Below are positions 47,000 through 57,813 of a DNA stretch of 64,000 nt, in pieces. The stretch covers positions 576,001 to 640,000 of the forward strand of contig CAWKKR010000001.1 of the NCBI GenBank assembly GCA_963850305.1, written 5' to 3'. The stretch comes from an uncultured delta proteobacterium. Lineage in GTDB: Bacteria; Myxococcota_A; Polyangia; Polyangiales; Polyangiaceae. A model generated the notes under the pieces. That model was not told the origin of the DNA and searched no databases. It saw nothing but the letters and a program-made list of their open reading frames with translations. The stretch's first letter is position 1, and every line of letters starts with the position of its first letter. The position numbers and the translations under genes are program-made.

Positions 47000-48374
47000 T
47001 CACGCCGCGACGGCGCCGCGGATCACGACGCTCAACCCGCGAGGTTCGATCCGCTCGAACGCGAGCGACCAGCCACAGTGCGCGCAAACTTCGCTCGCGA
47101 TGGCGAGACCAAGTCCGCTGCCGCTCGGATCCCGTTGACGCGCCTCGTCGCTGCGAAATGTCCTTTCCCCGAGCCGCGGTAACTCGGACGGCAGCACGCC
47201 TGGCCCGTCGTCCGCGACGACGAGCGAGAACCCGCGCGTCCCTGCCTCGAGCACCACCGCGACGTGTCCACCTGGATTGCCATACGCCACCGCATTCTCG
47301 ACCAGGTTGGTCAGCGCCTGTTCGGCGGCGGTCGGATGACACGTGACCACGATCGGCCCGTCGGGCCGAGCCACCTCGAGCGACATGCCACGATTCCTGG
47401 CAAAATATCGGACGCGCGCCACGACGCGCTCGGCGAGCTCTCCGAGATCGACGCTCGAGCCCAGTGCACCGGGGTTCCATCCATCGCGGAGCTGGTACGC
47501 GAGGCGGAGGTTCGCCGTCAGCCCGGCGAGGTACACGACGTCGCGAATGGAACCGCGGAGCAACTCGACGAGGACCGGGTCGCTACTCCGTTCGGCCGCC
47601 TGCGCGAGCGCGATCTGCAGGGATGCGATCGGCGTACGGAGGTCGTGAGCCACGTCCGCCAGGTGTCGCTCGAGATCCTCCTGCCGACTCTCGAGGGCTT
47701 CGGCGTCGGTACGGATGCGCGCGTGGGCCTGGTCCAAGATCGTCGACAGCTCGCCGAGCTCGTCGCTCCCGAGGTCGCTCGCCGACGCGTATTCTCCGGC
47801 ACGTCCGACTTTCCCGGCGGCGGTGCGGAGTCGATCGAATCCTCCGCGTGACGGGACCGACGACCGCGACGACGCCGAGCCCCGCAGCGAGCACCATCAC
47901 GACGAGCGCGCCGAGAATCATGAGATCGAAGGAGCGGCGGTGAAGCGGCGATCTGGACGGCAAGGTCGCCTGTATCAGGCTGCAGGGACCCGAGTCCGCG
48001 CCGCGGAGCAGCAACACGCCGCGCTCGGCTCCGAGACGGTGGATGGCCGCGGGCGCCGCTTCGCCCGATACGAGGCGGCGATAAAGGTCGAGGTCGAGAG
48101 GCGGCGACGACGGGTTTCGCGAGAGCTGCGTCGATTCGTCGTAAGCATCGAGGCGTGCACTCCGCTCGAGCTGGAGAGCCCATGTTTGCGGGGATCGTTC
48201 GCATCGGCGGAGCTCGGCCGTGTCGAACGTCCGGTGGATGTACGGCGCGAACGCCGATTGAACGGCATCGCGGGTCGCGTGCAGCATCAACGCCCACGCG
48301 ACCGAGAGCCCCAGAAGACCGCACAGGACCGAGCTTGCGACGATTCGCGTGCCGAGACCACGCCACAATCTCAT
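47000..48374 (-). CDS. HAMP sensor histidine kinase, split by a frameshift at about 47838
   Basis: N-terminal TMs in 47583..48374. Removing one base gives PVTRRIDRLRTAA...DELGEL (HAMP) leading to VAHDLRTP, NLVENAVAY, DDGPG, GSGLGLAI. Confidence 0.9.
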
Positions 48375-49060
48375 GAAGCGGACAGCTCGGCCTCGAAGCG
48401 GTAGCCGATCCCCCAGACAGTGACGATGTGCGCGCCGGCTTGCGGGCCGAGCTTCTTGCGGATGCGGGCGATGTGACTATCGATGGTGCGGGCGTCACGG
48501 TGCTCGAACGGAGCGAGAGCGTGCTCGGCGAGTTGCTCGCGCGAGATCGCGCGCCCGACCCGTTCCACCAGATGTCCGAGGACGTCGAACTCATGGCGCG
48601 TGAGACTCGCATCAGCGCCATCGACCGCCGCGACGCGCCGGTCCCAGTCGAGCTCGGCATTCGCCCACTTGGCGACCCGCTTCGGTGACACCGGCGTGAT
48701 CGCGAGGCGAGTCCTGAGTCGCACCACCAGCTCCTCGAGCCAGAAGGGCTTCGCGATGAAGTCGGCCGCGCCCAGCGCGAAGCAGGCGAGCCGATCTTTC
48801 AATTCGCTCTTCGCGGACAGCACGACGATGGGCAGGGACTGGCGCCCCTTCAGTTGCTCGAGAACGGTGAGCCCGCCTTGCACCGGCAGCATCAGGTCGA
48901 GGACGACGGCGTCGAACCGACGCTCGAGCGCTTTCTTCGTGCCCTCGCGTCCATCCGTCGCGAGCTCGACCTCGAACCCTGCGCCCATCAATCCCCGGAC
49001 GATGCCGCCCGCGACGCCCGCGTCGTCTTCGACCACCAGAATTCGCGATCGCGCTTCCAC
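48371..49060 (-). CDS. OmpR-family response regulator
   Basis: ILVVEDD, VLDLMLP, GAADFIAKPF, RTIDSHIARIRKKL, TVWGIGYRF. ATGA overlap with the kinase. Confidence 0.94.
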   Translation of the reverse strand: MEARSRILVVEDDAGVAGGIVRGLMGAGFEVELATDGREGTKKALERRFDAVVLDLMLPVQGGLTVLEQLKGRQSLPIVVLSAKSELKDRLACFALGAADFIAKPFWLEELVVRLRTRLAITPVSPKRVAKWANAELDWDRRVAAVDGADASLTRHEFDVLGHLVERVGRAISREQLAEHALAPFEHRDARTIDSHIARIRKKLGPQAGAHIVTVWGIGYRFEAELSAS

Positions 49061-49181
49061 GAGGGGAGACGGTAGTCCAGAGCGGCCCGGTGTGAAGGAC
49101 GAGACGGACGAGGCTCTGCTCGAGACGGCTCGTCCCCCGAAGCTCAAGGTTCGTCGGATCGGCTCGCGCGCCCCGCAGGGG

Positions 49182-49736
49182 TTACGCGGACGGCCTCCAG
49201 GGCGGCGTCGCCGACGCAATGGACGGCCGCCTCTCGACGACCTGGCCACCTTTATAGGTCTCCACGTCGTAGACGACGTGCGCTCCGCTCCATTGCATTT
49301 CGAACCACGTTCCGACCCGAACGCCAGCCTCGTATTGTCCACGCTCGGCCACGCCCGCCAGCTCGGCACTCGTGGGATCGAGGCGATTGCTCGCGTACGG
49401 GCCTTGAAGCTGTCCCTGCGCGTCGCGACACGCCACTTCACCGAGCGCCTCCGTCCGGAGATCGGCTCGCTCCGTCCCCGCGGGGCAGGGCGAAAGACCA
49501 ACGAAGACGTTCGGAATACTGCGCGCTTCGAGCGCGGCACCATCCCCGTGAACCGTGACCATCTCGGGTTCGGCCCCCGGGGAATCATTCCCGCTCTCTT
49601 CCGTCGCAGTAGCCGCCTCGGCCGGGTCGGACGCGACTGCGGTGGAGGCAACGTCAGCAGAAGATCGAGCAGGTGTCACACCGCAGCCGACCACCAGTGA
49701 AAGGCCCGCGAAGAAGAAGGTAGCGTTTCGAACCAT
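49182..49736 (-). CDS. Hypothetical lipoprotein (MORN/YwqK-like beta repeat at the C-terminus)
   Basis: Lipobox VVGC. GQLQGPY...GQYEAGVRVGTWFE...ETYKGG. Confidence 0.65.
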   Translation of the reverse strand: MVRNATFFFAGLSLVVGCGVTPARSSADVASTAVASDPAEAATATEESGNDSPGAEPEMVTVHGDGAALEARSIPNVFVGLSPCPAGTERADLRTEALGEVACRDAQGQLQGPYASNRLDPTSAELAGVAERGQYEAGVRVGTWFEMQWSGAHVVYDVETYKGGQVVERRPSIASATPPWRPSA

Positions 49737-49983
49737 GCGCAATGCTCGTTTCCGAACGTAACCCCGACCACGAGGGGGTTATTCGCCGCAAAATGCGGTT
49801 TCTCCCCATCGGGGGGCAGCAGCCCCGAAAATCGGAGGGATCCGAGCGTAGTTCACGCTGAAGACCTAGTCCAGAAACGTTCGCGCCTCATTCCGGCGCG
49901 GTCCGGACTCGGAACGAGCAGGCGCGGAAGCGCCGCGAGGCCAGCGCGCTCGCTGACCCCGCGGAGCCCCCACCGTAGCGATT

Positions 49984-50799
49984 TTACGAAAGAGACGGGT
50001 AGATGCCGGAAACGCAGATCATGTACGTGAGACCGTTGGGCGCGGCGTCACGGAGATCCGGCAGCGCGAAGGTCGTCTGGCCATCCCCACCGAAGCGGGT
50101 GCCGAGCAGGGAGAAGAGCGCAGTGTTCTGGTTGATCTGGAGGACCTGTCCGGCGGCGGGGACACCGACCCCCGCGCCCCCGGCGAAGAGCATCACTTCC
50201 CCCAGCGTGCACGTGGCACCGGTGCCCGCCTGCGTGGCAGTCGTGTCCGCGCCGAAGCGCGAGTCCGGTGTCTCGGCGCCCGCGGGTCCTTGCGGACCTG
50301 GGGCCCCTTGCGGACCCTGGAGACCCTGAGCTCCCGTCGCACCTTGTGGCCCGGGCGGACCCGCAGGCCCCACGGGCCCCTGAGCTCCGGTCATGCCGAT
50401 AGGACCCATCGGGCCCTCGGCGCCGGCGGGACCTGGCGTGCCGTTGCATACGAACGTCGTGCTCGTCCCGAGGGTGAACTGCGCGCCGCCGTATGGGCAG
50501 TTCGCGTTACCGACGTTGAGCGATTGCCCGTACACCGACGTGCCTGCCGGACCGGTTGCACCTGCCGGACCCGCGGGACCTGCGGCGCCGGCGGTGCCCG
50601 CTGCACCTTTTTGGTTCCAGGTCAGATTCGTTTCTCCGAAAAAGCAACTCTGCGTTGCGCTGTCGATGATGCGAATCGTTCCAAGGAGCGGACTGTAGCA
50701 ACCGTGAATGACGCCATTGGCGTCGGGGACCGAAGCGAGCGCGTTTCCTGCAATGAACCCACCTGCAGCGAGCGATATCAACAGTGCATGGAGCTTCAT
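49984..50799 (-). CDS. Secreted collagen-repeat protein with C-terminal phage tail-collar-like domain
   Basis: AAGGAGG RBS, signal peptide, two Gly-X-Y blocks, LGEVMLFAG...[34 protein letters not shown]. Confidence 0.88.
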   Translation of the reverse strand: MKLHALLISLAAGGFIAGNALASVPDANGVIHGCYSPLLGTIRIIDSATQSCFFGETNLTWNQKGAAGTAGAAGPAGPAGATGPAGTSVYGQSLNVGNANCPYGGAQFTLGTSTTFVCNGTPGPAGAEGPMGPIGMTGAQGPVGPAGPPGPQGATGAQGLQGPQGAPGPQGPAGAETPDSRFGADTTATQAGTGATCTLGEVMLFAGGAGVGVPAAGQVLQINQNTALFSLLGTRFGGDGQTTFALPDLRDAAPNGLTYMICVSGIYPSLS

Positions 50800-50937
50800 G
50801 TGAGCCCTCCTTCTCCGCCCGTGATTCGCACACGCCGAAGGAACCTGTCCACACTCCAAAAGTGGAGCCCTCACGATTGACCAGTCGGTCTAGCGCAGGT
50901 GTGCGACGCACGCTGAAGACCGAGAGCAGGACCCAAA

Positions 50938-51104
50938 CCCACGCTTGCTCCAGCCCTTTCACGGCGCCGAGCGCAGCGAGTACCGGGGGGAGAGTCGCGT
51001 AGCGAGCTACGGGGGGCGGGTCGCCCCCCAGAACAAAACCCCACGTCGCCAGTGACGTCCCTCCCCACGCTTGCTCCAGCCCTTTCACGGCGCCGAGCGC
51101 AGCG
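50938..51104 (+). repeat. Exact 41-bp direct repeat (50938-50978, 51064-51104) enclosing a diverged copy 3 of the palindromic element
   Basis: CCCACGCTTGCTCCAGCCCTTTCACGGCGCCGAGCGCAGCG twice. Between them: GGGGGGAGAGTCGCGTAGCGAGCTACGGGGGGCGGGTCGCCCCCC. Confidence 0.85.
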
Positions 51105-51110
51105 GTGAAC

Positions 51111-51914
51111 TTAAGGGGCGCCGGCGTCGCTTACGCAACCCGCCTGCGACGTCGAACTCGCGGCACCGAGGGTCGTATTCCAGTCCCCTGAACCACCGTA
51201 GGGCGTCGAGAGGTTCGAACTGTCCGGTTCGTACACCTTCCACGTGCCCGTGAAAGAGTGAGTGAGCTTGTCATACGTCGCAGGAAGCGGCCCGTCGAAG
51301 GTGCCGGCGGGCGGCCCCACGACGATGCCGAACCAATAGCCGCCGTTCGTGAGCTTGCTGTTCACGAGCTCCCCCTTCTTGCAGTCAAGGGTGCCCACGA
51401 TGTCGGCGCTGAAGGGAAACAAGCCATCCGCCAAGCCGCAGAGCTTCCCGCCCGTAATCGTGAAAAACTCGCCGTCGGTCGATTGCGCGAGCGTCAAAGA
51501 CAGGTTTCCCGCCACCGGAATCGGAACCCCGACGACGGTCCAGGTCGAGGAATAAAATCCCGAGAAGGTTCCGCTGTAATGACCGGCCTCGCACGTCCCG
51601 GTGCTCGTCGCTTCGGGCCAGCTGAAGGTGATGGACGTGTTGTACGGGTACGGTCCGGCATCACCGTCGTAGTAGACGGGTACGCCTCCGGAACCCGGGG
51701 TCGACACGCTTCCACCACTGCCGGCATAGGCGTTTCCGCCCCCGGCGCTGTAATAGCCGCCGGCGCTGTTCCCGCCGCCGCCGAAATAGCCGCCGACTCC
51801 GTAGGCCCCGCCGCTGCCAGCCTGGGACGCGCCGCCGCTCGCGCTGCACGCCGGAAGCATGCAGAATAAAGGCAGTACAGATTTTCCAACCGAGCGCCAA
51901 ACTCGACGGCTCAT
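51111..51914 (-). CDS. Hypothetical lipoprotein with Gly-rich linker and beta-rich domain
   Basis: GGAG RBS, lipobox LPAC, Gly/Tyr-rich linker, C-terminal beta domain with Cys. Confidence 0.75.
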   Translation of the reverse strand: MSRRVWRSVGKSVLPLFCMLPACSASGGASQAGSGGAYGVGGYFGGGGNSAGGYYSAGGGNAYAGSGGSVSTPGSGGVPVYYDGDAGPYPYNTSITFSWPEATSTGTCEAGHYSGTFSGFYSSTWTVVGVPIPVAGNLSLTLAQSTDGEFFTITGGKLCGLADGLFPFSADIVGTLDCKKGELVNSKLTNGGYWFGIVVGPPAGTFDGPLPATYDKLTHSFTGTWKVYEPDSSNLSTPYGGSGDWNTTLGAASSTSQAGCVSDAGAP

Positions 51915-52272
51915 GATTTTCTCCAAGCGGGGATCTCCGGAAGCGCCGAACAGTGAGTCCCGTGAGCCCCCGAAAAAATTGAAAGGGGCCAGCATTCGAA
52001 GCCTACAGGCTTCGGGGGCCCATCCGCAACTGGCGGCAGGTGACCGAAAGTTGCGCAGCCGTGCAGCTAGGACGCTATTTCCCCTGGTGGCTGCAGGAAT
52101 CCCGCTCCGAATGAGGGCGCGCGGACGGGCAGTGCCTTCCAGCAATGCTCGGCTCGAGCCGCTCGCACTCGCCTGAGCCGCGTCCCGAGCCGCCGGCAAC
52201 AGGGCCCAACGGGTCGGACGAGAAGATGGCGGGCAGGCTTTCGGCCGTGCGGGAGGGGGCTATGTTCCGTCG

Positions 52273-53532
52273 ATGCACGAGCCGGCGCTGGCCCGGCGCT
52301 TCTTGGAGGTGCGCCGCTTCTCCGAGCGGCTGTGCGAGCCGCTCGAGATCGAGGATTACGTCGTCCAGTCGATGCCCGACGCGAGCCCGCTCAAGTGGCA
52401 CCTCGCGCACACGACCTGGTTCTTCGAGACGTTCGTGCTCGCGTGCGCGGAGCGCGCGTTTCGCCCGCACGACGCACGCTGGGGTTCGCTTCACAACTCC
52501 TATTACGAGGCCCTCGGAGCCCGTCATCCGCGAGCGAGGCGCGGCCTGCTGACGCGGCCGACCGTGCGCGAGGTCCGGGCGTACCGCGCCGCCGTCGACG
52601 CGCGCGTCGCGATGGTCCTCGGAAATGATGACGCCGTTTCGACCCGAGTCCTCGAGCTCCTCGAGCTCGGGCTGCATCACGAGCAACAGCACCAGGAGCT
52701 CATGCTCACGGACCTGCAGCATGCGTTGTTCGAGAACCCGTTGAGGCCCGCCGTCTTTGCGCCGCCCCACGTCGCCCCGCGCGCTCTCCACCCCCCCAAA
52801 ACCAACTCGTGGATCGAACACGAGGGCGCGCTTCGAACAATCGGACACGGCGACTCGGGTTTCGCCTTCGACAACGAGGGCCCCGAGCACACGGTGTATC
52901 TGGAGCCGTTTGCGGTGGCATCGGAGCTCGTCACCGCGGGCGAATACACGGCGTTCATCGAAGACGATGGCTACGCGCGGCCCGAGCTGTGGCTGTCGGA
53001 TGGCTGGGCCGCAGCGCAAGCCGGTCAGTGGAGAGCCCCCCTCTACTGGGAACGTCGCGACGAGACATGGATCCGCCATTCACTTCACGGCGAGCTCGCC
53101 GTCGACCCCGCTGCGCCCGTTTGCCACATCAGCTTTTACGAGGCCGACGCCTACGCGCGCTGGAAGAATGCTCGCCTCCCGACCGAGGCGGAGTGGGAAG
53201 TCGCCGCGGCCCGGACCTCGGGCGACGGTCAGTTCGTGGACAGCGGTTCATTCGTCCCCCTCGCTCGCGAAGGCTCGACGCCCAGCTTGATGGGGAGCGT
53301 GTGGACCTGGACGGCGAGTGCCTACGCGCCTTACCCGGGCTTCCTTCCAGCCGCGGGCGCCGTGGGCGAATACAACGGCAAGTTCATGGTGAACCAGATC
53401 GTGCTCCGAGGCGGCTCCTGCTGTTCGTCGAGGTCGCATATCCGCGCGACTTACAGGAACTTCTTCCCGCCGCCGGCACGATGGCAGGTGAGTGGCATCC
53501 GGCTGGCGAGACGTCTGGGGAGCAGCGGGTAG
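52273..53532 (+). CDS. egtB: Ergothioneine biosynthesis sulfoxide synthase EgtB
   Basis: QSMPDASPLKWHLAHTTWFFE, HHEQQHQEL iron ligands, FGE-sulfatase fold RLPTEAEWE, GEYNGKFM, RATYRNFF. Confidence 0.93.
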   Translation: MHEPALARRFLEVRRFSERLCEPLEIEDYVVQSMPDASPLKWHLAHTTWFFETFVLACAERAFRPHDARWGSLHNSYYEALGARHPRARRGLLTRPTVREVRAYRAAVDARVAMVLGNDDAVSTRVLELLELGLHHEQQHQELMLTDLQHALFENPLRPAVFAPPHVAPRALHPPKTNSWIEHEGALRTIGHGDSGFAFDNEGPEHTVYLEPFAVASELVTAGEYTAFIEDDGYARPELWLSDGWAAAQAGQWRAPLYWERRDETWIRHSLHGELAVDPAAPVCHISFYEADAYARWKNARLPTEAEWEVAAARTSGDGQFVDSGSFVPLAREGSTPSLMGSVWTWTASAYAPYPGFLPAAGAVGEYNGKFMVNQIVLRGGSCCSSRSHIRATYRNFFPPPARWQVSGIRLARRLGSSG

Positions 53533-53539
53533 CCGATGC

Positions 53540-54097
53540 TCAGTGAATCGCGTCGGGCGAACCCGTCACGGCCGTGCACGTCGGGCCGAGGGCGTTGCAA
53601 GCATCGACCCCGACGGTCGGAGACGATGGCAGCTCGCTCCCACACTGCCAGTTCGTACCAATCTGAAGCTGCACGGAGGCGAGCGCGTCCACACAGTCCT
53701 CGTACTGGCTCACGGTGCCCGTGCAGGAGTCCGTCGTCACGGTCGTGCACTGGGGTGGCGGGGCGTTCGGGTCCGTCGCGGTGACGTCGAGCTGAATCGA
53801 GAACGTGTTCACGCAGTCGTTCATGGCCGTCTCGCACGCGGCCTGGTTCGCCGCGGTGAGCACGGCCGGCGTGAAGGCGCACCAGAAGCGCGTGAGCGAC
53901 GTCGTGTCGACGTGAGCCTTCAGGAAGGCCGCCTGCGACGTGCAGATCGTCTGCTGTTGCTGCGGGGTCAGCGTCGTGAGGCCCAGGTCCCCGTTGACGC
54001 CGCTCGAGTATTTAGGGTCAGCGCCGCTGGCGGAACAACCGCCGACCGCGACGCCAACGGGCACGAGAAGCGCGAGCAAAGCGACGATTCGGTTCAT
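53540..54097 (-). CDS. Cys-rich hypothetical lipoprotein
   Basis: GGAG RBS, lipobox VGGC, about 10 Cys in the mature part. Confidence 0.8.
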   Translation of the reverse strand: MNRIVALLALLVPVGVAVGGCSASGADPKYSSGVNGDLGLTTLTPQQQQTICTSQAAFLKAHVDTTSLTRFWCAFTPAVLTAANQAACETAMNDCVNTFSIQLDVTATDPNAPPPQCTTVTTDSCTGTVSQYEDCVDALASVQLQIGTNWQCGSELPSSPTVGVDACNALGPTCTAVTGSPDAIH

Positions 54098-54224
54098 GGC
54101 GGGCTCCGAGTAGCCCCGCCTGCCGCCCGCATCAACCCGGAACCACCGGCAAAGGACAGAGAGCGGCGGAGAAATGCATGTTTCGGTTGCGCGGCATCGG
54201 CTCGGAGGCTGTTATGGTTCCCCG

Positions 54225-57200
54225 ATGCGTCTCGGATCGGCTTGTCGGGCGGCGTGCGTCGGCGCGCTGTTTTGCTGGGCGTGCACGACAGCGGGGCTCG
54301 ACGATCTCTCGCGTGGCGGACAGCCCGCGGGGCATACGGGCGGTGCCGCCGGCGCGACGTCCACGGGCGGCGAAGGCGGCGAAGGCACGGATGCGTCGAC
54401 GGGCGGCGCGCCGGAAACGGGCGGCTCTCCAGCAACGGGCGGCTCTACACCGGATGCGTCCGCGGGAGGCACGAGCGACGGAGGGTCATCGGCGGGCGGC
54501 GCCGCCGACTCGGGCTCCGGAGGCGGCGGAGGCGCGGGCGGGACGGTCGAGGACGGAACGGCCGTCGGCGTCCTCGGCGCTGCGTGTTCGACGAACGACG
54601 CGCACGCGTGCGCAGGTCATGCGGCGAAGGGGCAGCTCTTCTGCAAAGGCGGAAAGTGGGCGGCGAACGGGACGTGCACTTCGACGAACGACTGTGACAC
54701 CACCCCGGGACCGAACGCGGGCTCGTGTCAGCCCATCGTCGACGCCTGCGCGGGGCAAGCGCCGGGGAGCGTCGTGTGTCGAGGCGCGGATCGCCTCGTC
54801 TGCGGGTCGGATTCTGCTGACGACCACTCGAATGGACACATGCCCCTTTCTCTGCAACGCGGGAACGTGCGTCGGCGATTGCACTCCGGGAACCCGGCGG
54901 TGCGACGGCTTCGTGCCCGAGACGTGCGACGATACGGGCACGTGGCAGCCGGGCACCGCTTGCGTCACCGGCTGCACCGCGGGAGCGTGCACCGGAGCGT
55001 GCAGCCCGACGACCACGGAATGCAACGGGCAGGTCGTGCAGACTTGCGACGGGAACGGCGTTCTCGCGGACACTTCCGTTTGCACCGACCAGGCGTGCGT
55101 GTCCGGCGCCTGCGCGGGCACTTGCACGCCAGGAACCGCGCAATGCGCGGGGAATGGCGTCGAGACCTGCTCGTCCGCCGGAGCCTGGGGCGCGCCCGTG
55201 CCTTGTACGGACCAAGCCTGCGTCTACGGCGCTTGCACGGGCGTTTGCGCGCCCGGCGCGACCACGTGCTCGGGCAACGCGGTTCGGTCTTGCACCGACT
55301 CCGGTCAGTGGAGCGCGCCCGTGGCGTGCGCGAACCAGGCCTGCTCGAGCGGCGCCTGCACGGGCTCGTGCGAACCGGGAACCGCACGCTGTGACGGCCT
55401 CACGCCACAGACGTGCAGCGCCGACGGAAGCTGGCAGAGCGGCACGGCGTGCTCGACGGGTTGCAGCGGCGGCGCGTGCTCGGGCACCTGCACCGCGGGC
55501 GCGAAGCAATGCAACGGTCAGGTGACACAGCTCTGCGATGCCAACGGCGACTGGCAAGACGAGACGACCTGCGCCACCACGGCCTGCGTCAAGGGCGCTT
55601 GCACGGGGGTGTGCGTGCCCGGGAAGGTCGAGTGCTCGGGCAACAACGTCTTGACCTGCACTGCGTCCGGACAGTGGGGCCCGCCCGCTCCCTGCGGCAC
55701 GTCGGCATGCGTCGCGGGGGCGTGCGTCGGCGTGTGCACGCCGGGCTCGTCCTCGTGCGCCGAGAACGGCGTTCGCACCTGCGATTCGACGGGGCAGCCC
55801 GGAGCGCCCGCGGCATGCGCGGCCCAGGCGTGCGCCTCCGGGGCATGCACTGGTTCCTGCAGCCCGGGAACGCGCACGTGCAAGAGTCTGACCCCCGAGA
55901 CCTGTGGTGCGGCGGGCACCGAAGAGGACGAGACGTCCTGCGCGAGCGCATGCGGTGGGGGCGCTTGCGCCGGGACCTGCACGCAGGGCGCAACACAGTG
56001 CAATGGACAGGTCGTGCAGACGTGCGATCAGACGGGGACCTGGCAGGATGGAGCGAGCTGCCCTGCGCAGGCTTGCCTCGGTGGCGCGTGCGTCGGGTCG
56101 TGCACGCCGAGCTCGACGGAATGCGTGAGCGGCGGAGTCGCGACGTGTTCCCTTGGCGGCGTCTGGGGCGCACCCGTGCCCTGCATCGAGTCCGCGTGTT
56201 CGAGCGGCGCGTGCACGGGTGTGTGCACGCCTGGCGACAAGGACTGCCTCGGCGACACGCCGCGCTCGTGCGTCAATGGGCAATGGCAAAACGGCAAGGC
56301 TTGCTCCGCCCCCGCGCAGACCTGCGCGAGCGGCGCGTGCATCGCGTGCGCGACGAAGACGCTCGACTGCGACTCCTCGCCCACGAACGGCTGCGAGACG
56401 AATATCGCCTCCGATCCTACGTGCGGTACGAGCTGCACCACCACGGCGGCGTGCGCGCAGAACCAAACGTGCACCGCCGGCGCCTGTGCGGCGTGCGGCG
56501 CCGGAAAGCTCGACTGCGACGGAGATCCGACGAACGGGTGCGAGGCCCCAGGCATCAAGGTGCCGCCCTCCGTGAACGTCGATGCCACGCAGTGGACCTC
56601 CGATTTTGCGACTTCGCCGGCCTGGAACTGCAACGCGCCGGGCACGACGACGATCGACTCGAGCGCGGGCACCGTGACGAGCACGAGCTGCGCGCTCGGC
56701 ACGCTCGATATAACGACCGGTGCGGCGCAAACCGGCGGCGCGGGACCGAACGTGATGGTCATCCGGCTCTCGTCGCTGATGGTGTCGAACGGACACGCAT
56801 TCGTGCTTCAGGGAAACGCGCCGATCGTCTTCCTGGTGTCGGGCAACGTCGTCGTCGACACGGGCGGAGCCATCGACGCGAGCGCGTCCGGCGGGACTCC
56901 AGGGCCCGGCGGAAGCATCTCGGCGAGCTGCTCGGGTTCCACCGGAGCGAATTCAGCGGCTTTGAGCGTCGGCGGGGGCGGCGGCGGATTCGGCACCGCG
57001 GGCGGGTTCGGGTCGAAACCCGACGGCACGAGCGGCAGCGCGGGCGGCATCGTGAGCACGAGCACCAACCTTCAGCCGCTGAGAGGGGGCTGTTCGGGCG
57101 GAACCGGCGGCGGCAGTCTGGCGTACGCGGGAGGCGCGGGCGGCGGCGCGTTCGAGATCAGCGCCGCGGGGACGATCTCGATCGGTCACGCGGGAGACTC

Positions 57201-57663
57201 GGCTACGACGAGCGGAACGTTGAGTGCCGCAGGCGGGTTCTCGCAAGCTGCGTCGGACACGACCGCCGCGGGGGTTGATTCGGCGAGCGGCGGTGCGGGA
57301 AGCGGCGGGGGCATTCTGCTCGTCTCGCCGACCGCGCCCGTGCTCGGACCGAATGCCGCGCTTCGCGTGCATGGGGGCGGCTCCGGCTCCTCGAGAGGTT
57401 CGAACGCGGCGGGGAACCCCGGCTCGAATGGGCACACCGCCGACGACACCGCAGCGGCAGGCGGCGTCGCGCCGGACACGAACGCTGCGGACGGCGCCAA
57501 TGGCGGCCTCTGTTCCGGCGCAAACTGCGCCACCGCGTCCGCACCGGGCGCTAACGGCAGCGCCGCGACAGCGGCACCGAATCTGGACGGCAGCGGCGGC
57601 GGCGGCGGCGGCGGTCGGATTCAAATCGTGACGGCTAACGCTGCGTTGCTCTGCGGTAGCTGA
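54225..57663 (+). CDS. Large Cys-rich repeat lipoprotein with Gly-rich C-terminal domain; frameshift at about 54812
   Basis: Signal peptide ...FCWAC and linker lie in frame 54174. Removing one T in GGATTCTG joins them to roughly 40-aa C..C...G.W....C...C..GAC.G.C repeats in frame 54178. Confidence 0.8.
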
Positions 57664-57813
57664 CTCGCCTCGAGTGCCCGGGTGATTTCCCGGAGACAAA
57701 AATCGTACTCGGCCCGCGAGTGTTACCGTTTGAACCAACCGCCGAAATAAGCCGGACACATTCCCTGCGGTACCTGCTTGTCCCAGGCCCGTATCTCGGA
57801 AGGGAATCCTCGT

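Noticed and set aside
49984..50799. Prophage remnant
   Set aside because: A single collar-domain gene with a signal peptide. No integrase, capsid, terminase or other tail genes.
57664..57813. Sigma54 promoter upstream of amtB
   Set aside because: No convincing TGGCAC-N5-TTGC match seen.
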